From contig JBGCDR010000355.1 of NCBI GenBank assembly GCA_045105515.1, positions 1 through 10,853 on the forward strand: a stretch of DNA of 10,853 nt, written 5' to 3'. The position numbers and the translations under genes were made by a program. Shown here piece after piece: positions 7,798-10,853 of the stretch (position 1 is the first letter of the stretch; every line of letters starts with the position of its first letter). The DNA is from Oligoflexales bacterium (GTDB lineage Bacteria; Bdellovibrionota_B; Oligoflexia; Oligoflexales; Bog-1112). Under the pieces are notes generated by a model. The model saw only the letters and a program-made list of their open reading frames with translations. It ran no database searches and was not told the DNA's origin.

Positions 7798-9018
7798 ATG
7801 ACTAAGATCAAAATGGTTTCACTCGGTTTACATTTTTTACTATTATTATCAATTGGATGTAACAAACCGGCTCAATATACTAAGTCCATCAAAAGAGTGG
7901 ATGAACTAAGCTGCACCACACCAGAATTTCAGGGTTTCAGAACTACTTTTAAATTAGCTGAGCTTCCACCAAATGTGGAGATGCGTTCAGACGGTCTTCC
8001 ACTTCTTGAAAGTAACAAAGACGCTCCAGTCGCACTTTTTCTCGATTTCGATGGAGGAACTTATTATGGTTATGATGATGTTTATGGACCAGCAGACCTA
8101 GATGGTGATGAGTCTTCTTTTAACAGCAATGAAGCTACTAGAATATACAATGCTTATATGCATGTTGTAAAAGCCTTCGCTCCATTCAATGTGAATGTCA
8201 CGACGGTTGAATCAGTAGCTAGGGCGTCACAGCAGTGGGCCTGGCTCATAATTTCAGATGATTATAGCAAAACAGGTGGTAAAGGAAAAATCAGCATATT
8301 TGATAGAAGCAAGTACAGAAATGGACGCCCAAGAGAAGCTACTGCTCTCGCTGGAGCACAGGCAATTCTGCGACCACGTTCTTATGAAGAAGGTTACCTT
8401 CTTATCCATGAATTAGGTCATAATTTAGGCTTAGAACATGGTGGTCTATTTAAAGGAAAAAAATTTCTTGAGTACTCAGATTTACCTGCAGATGAGCGTC
8501 AAGATTTCGATATATATGATGCTAAGATGGAAGGCTATATCAAATTAGCAGATATTGATGATGACAGTATTGACAAAGATTATGTTGGCACTTATTTAGG
8601 AGGCCGTATTTACGAAAATGGCCCGTGGACTTTCAGATGGGGCTTACAAATTACCGAAGATAATTATTTACAAGATCCTATTAAAATTATTAGTGACATC
8701 ACTGGATTTGCTGAAAAAGCAGTTAATCCTGATCCTGATCCTGATGATATGGATCAGAATCAGCCTGATGATATGGATCAGAATCAGCCTGATGATATGG
8801 ATCAGAATGAACCTGATGATATGGATCAGAATGAACCTGATGATATGGATCAGAATGAACCTGATGATATGGATCAGAATGAACCTGATGATATGAGCAA
8901 TTCAGATTCTGAAGAGGAAGATGAGACTAACTCTGATGATGCTGTCAAAACTGATGACAAAGATGAGATTGTCGACGAAGACCTTGGTTCGGATAGTTGC
9001 GTTATGCCGCAAAGATAA
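7798..9018 (+). CDS. Lipoprotein zinc metalloprotease (metzincin-type HExxHxxGxxH) with an acidic repeat tail
   Basis: Lipobox LLSIG-C21 after a basic and hydrophobic signal. Zinc motif HELGHNLGLEH (nt 8407-8439). N-domain motifs LFLDFDG and FAPFNVNVTT as seen in bacterial reprolysin-like proteins. Asp-rich low-complexity C-terminus. Confidence 0.85.
   Translation: MTKIKMVSLGLHFLLLLSIGCNKPAQYTKSIKRVDELSCTTPEFQGFRTTFKLAELPPNVEMRSDGLPLLESNKDAPVALFLDFDGGTYYGYDDVYGPADLDGDESSFNSNEATRIYNAYMHVVKAFAPFNVNVTTVESVARASQQWAWLIISDDYSKTGGKGKISIFDRSKYRNGRPREATALAGAQAILRPRSYEEGYLLIHELGHNLGLEHGGLFKGKKFLEYSDLPADERQDFDIYDAKMEGYIKLADIDDDSIDKDYVGTYLGGRIYENGPWTFRWGLQITEDNYLQDPIKIISDITGFAEKAVNPDPDPDDMDQNQPDDMDQNQPDDMDQNEPDDMDQNEPDDMDQNEPDDMDQNEPDDMSNSDSEEEDETNSDDAVKTDDKDEIVDEDLGSDSCVMPQR
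8740..8895 (+). repeat. 24-bp coding tandem repeat CCTGATGATATGGATCAGAAT(CAG/GAA), 6 full copies plus a 12-bp partial copy, encoding PDDMDQN[Q/E]
   Basis: Units start at 8740, 8764, 8788, 8812, 8836 and 8860, with a partial unit at 8884. The first two end in CAG, the next four in GAA; they are otherwise identical. Confidence 0.97.
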
Positions 9019-9084
9019 GTGAACTATTAAAAGGTGAATAAGAGTAAAACCAAGATACCCCACTTCTATTATATATTTATCAAA

Positions 9085-9483
9085 TTACTTTTTTAAATAG
9101 AGTGAAAGAAATGCATTTATTTTAGAAACGTGATAGGGCTTTTCTATAAATATTAAATCTTCAAACATATTTATGTTTTTGTTCTAATCCAAAATTGATA
9201 AAAAACCAGAAGCAAAAAGTATTGGGACCGATTTGTTTTTAGATTTACTTCTAAATTCGTTAATAAACTCCATTCCATCCATATTTGGCATAGAGTAATC
9301 TGTTACTATTGCATCAAAATGATGATCATCACATAGTTTTAAGCCCTCTTTTCCATCTGTCGATGAAATGGTTGCTACATCTAGATCATCAGTTAAAAGA
9401 GAAATACCAAGTGACAAGGACTCCAATAATGCTTCGTCGTCTTCAATAACAAGCACCTGATAATAATCTTTTTTGTCGAACAT
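9085..9483 (-). pseudogene. Stand-alone response-regulator receiver (CheY-like) gene interrupted by one in-frame TAG at 9184-9186
   Basis: VLVIEDD, phosphoacceptor motif IVTDYSMPNMDG and ILFASG are present. After the TAG the same frame continues NKNINMFEDLIFIEKPYHVSKINAFLSLYLKK to TAA at 9085-9087, supplying the missing K-P motif and last helix. TAAGGT RBS. Confidence 0.8.
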
Positions 9484-9739
9484 TTTATTACCTTATCCTA
9501 ATGGTCAAAACAATAATTGCATATAGTAAGTTGAGTCTGAATTAACACTACTAGATTCCTTGTTGAGAAAAAATTCTTATAAAAGTATTTTAAAAATTTT
9601 TTTGAATTGAATCTATTGGTCGTTGTTGATGAGCAGTTTACATTTTGTATTAATAGCCTTTAATCATTGTCCCTAATTTTTTATCAAGATGCCTTCCTAT
9701 TGCTTGCAATAGCTTAGCAGGAATGCAGGTAAAAGAAGC

Positions 9740-10243
9740 TTAGTGATTTAATTTTACCAATTCACTTCTTACAAGATTTCGCAGTAAATACCCTGCACAA
9801 CTTCCAAGTATCAAATTCCATAACATGATCAAAATCTGCTGCTCATCGAATAACAAGGGGTCAGACGCACCTAAATTTGGGCTTAATTTTCCAAAATATG
9901 TTATTAAAACATGAGTATGCGGATGATAGTAGTTGAAAGCAAGTATAAATAAAACCACATCATAGGACAACATACGTCGAAACCACATTTTTGTAGCCAT
10001 ACCAAAAGCTGCAATTAGAACCAAAGTAGATTCACTCAAAAAAGCAACTACCAGTGCCCAAATAAAACTTAGACCTACTGACTGATAGAACCTGAGCTGC
10101 TCGCCTATTAAAAAGCTTGTATTTGCTATTAAAAAAGCACCGATTGCAATGCATAAAAAGATACTTTGATGAGATATAAAAATTATGTTTACAGATTTTT
10201 TTGGTTTCATATTACTTATTTTACCGATACTAGTCATAGACAT
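9740..10243 (-). CDS. Hypothetical membrane protein (about 4 TM segments)
   Basis: 167-aa ORF in AT-rich DNA with a GAAAGG RBS before the ATG and several long hydrophobic stretches. No family recognised. Confidence 0.65.
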   Translation of the reverse strand: MSMTSIGKISNMKPKKSVNIIFISHQSIFLCIAIGAFLIANTSFLIGEQLRFYQSVGLSFIWALVVAFLSESTLVLIAAFGMATKMWFRRMLSYDVVLFILAFNYYHPHTHVLITYFGKLSPNLGASDPLLFDEQQILIMLWNLILGSCAGYLLRNLVRSELVKLNH

Positions 10244-10462
10244 GCTGGCCTTTCATTTTCACAGAATGCAGATAGCAAGTATTGATATTGTAACACTATA
10301 GTTTATAAAAATATTCTAAGTTCTATTTGCTTTTGAATTTTGCAGTTGCTTATATTATGTTAGAAAATTTAGTAAATTCTATTCAATTTGGGAAATAGAA
10401 AATTCATCCTTAACTATAAATTAATGGAAACTTTAAAAATTAGGTGTCACTTTTCTAAGAAT

Positions 10463-10712
10463 CTATTGAATCCAATTTCCGGATGAAAGGTCTTCCCTAC
10501 CATTAATCCAGTGCATCGTATAAGCATGACGAGAATTATCAGAGCGGTTTTCATAACTTAAGTGAGGAAATAGTCCACAAAACACGACCATACTACTCTT
10601 TTGTACTTCAATAGGAACCAGCTTGCTCAGATCAAATGGATGGGTATCATCATACTGTGTAAAAAGTTTAAAACCATCACGCATCAATCTAGATTTGGGT
10701 TCACCTACATAC
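10463..10712 (-). pseudogene. C-terminal fragment of a phytanoyl-CoA dioxygenase (PhyH/PHYHD1-like) Fe(II)/2OG oxygenase
   Basis: LVPIEVQKSSMVVFCGLFPHLSYENRSDNSRHAYTMHWING..NWIQ matches the PhyH C-terminus (distal iron His, 2OG-binding Arg). The HxD half is absent, and the resemblance stops at the putative repeat terminus near 10714. Confidence 0.75.
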
Positions 10713-10713
10713 C

Positions 10714-10853
10714 TAGTGCCTGATTGGAAACACACCGCCGCTTTTGTGTGTAAGGCTTAGAGCACTATAATCTTTAGCGAATTTCCCCAGTTTCTCTAAA
10801 AAGGCTATAATTGTCGGAAAATCAAAAGATCTTGGGGGTGCCCATGCGCGCAA
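10714..10853. mobile_element. End of a putative MITE/IS-like repeat element running off the right window edge; terminus 10714-10731
   Basis: TAGTGCCTGATTGGAAAC is related in inverted orientation to 120-137. It begins at a TA within CTAG and coincides with truncation of the PhyH gene. Confidence 0.5.

Noticed and set aside
8740..8895. Tandem repeat as a CRISPR array
   Set aside because: Units are contiguous with no unique spacers, the period is a multiple of 3 inside a CDS, and there are no cas genes.
8618..8896. Alternative-frame ORF with LMIWIRMN repeats
   Set aside because: By-product of the stop-free 24-bp tandem repeat inside the protease gene.
9184..9186. Genome-wide TAG reassignment
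   Set aside because: leuS and the USP gene end at TAG exactly where their domains finish.
10713..10853. Minus-strand open frame LRAWAPP...GVFPIRH* entering from the right edge as a transposase tail
   Set aside because: Only 46 codons with no recognisable motif; it stops at the putative element terminus and may be incidental.

Overview
Bacterial DNA that looks like one whole contig. A housekeeping leuS-hemJ pair (+) converges on a 1171-aa gene (-) that is the most interesting item here. That protein has a signal peptide, a coiled coil, degenerate ~29-aa helical repeats, a eukaryote-type IBR zinc finger and a complete USP/C19 deubiquitinase domain (Cys831, His1101, Asp1136/1137), so it looks like a secreted ubiquitin-system effector in a bacterium. 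The AT-richer right half holds a small membrane protein and a lipoprotein HExxHxxGxxH metalloprotease with a 24-bp coding tandem repeat and a sigma28-like promoter. It also holds a receiver-domain gene broken by one in-frame TAG, a second membrane protein and the 3' remnant of a PhyH dioxygenase. Both window ends carry related outward-facing TA-terminated sequences (15/18 identical), each abutting a truncated gene, which suggests a MITE-like repeat family. All calls come from reading motifs by eye; no searches were run.
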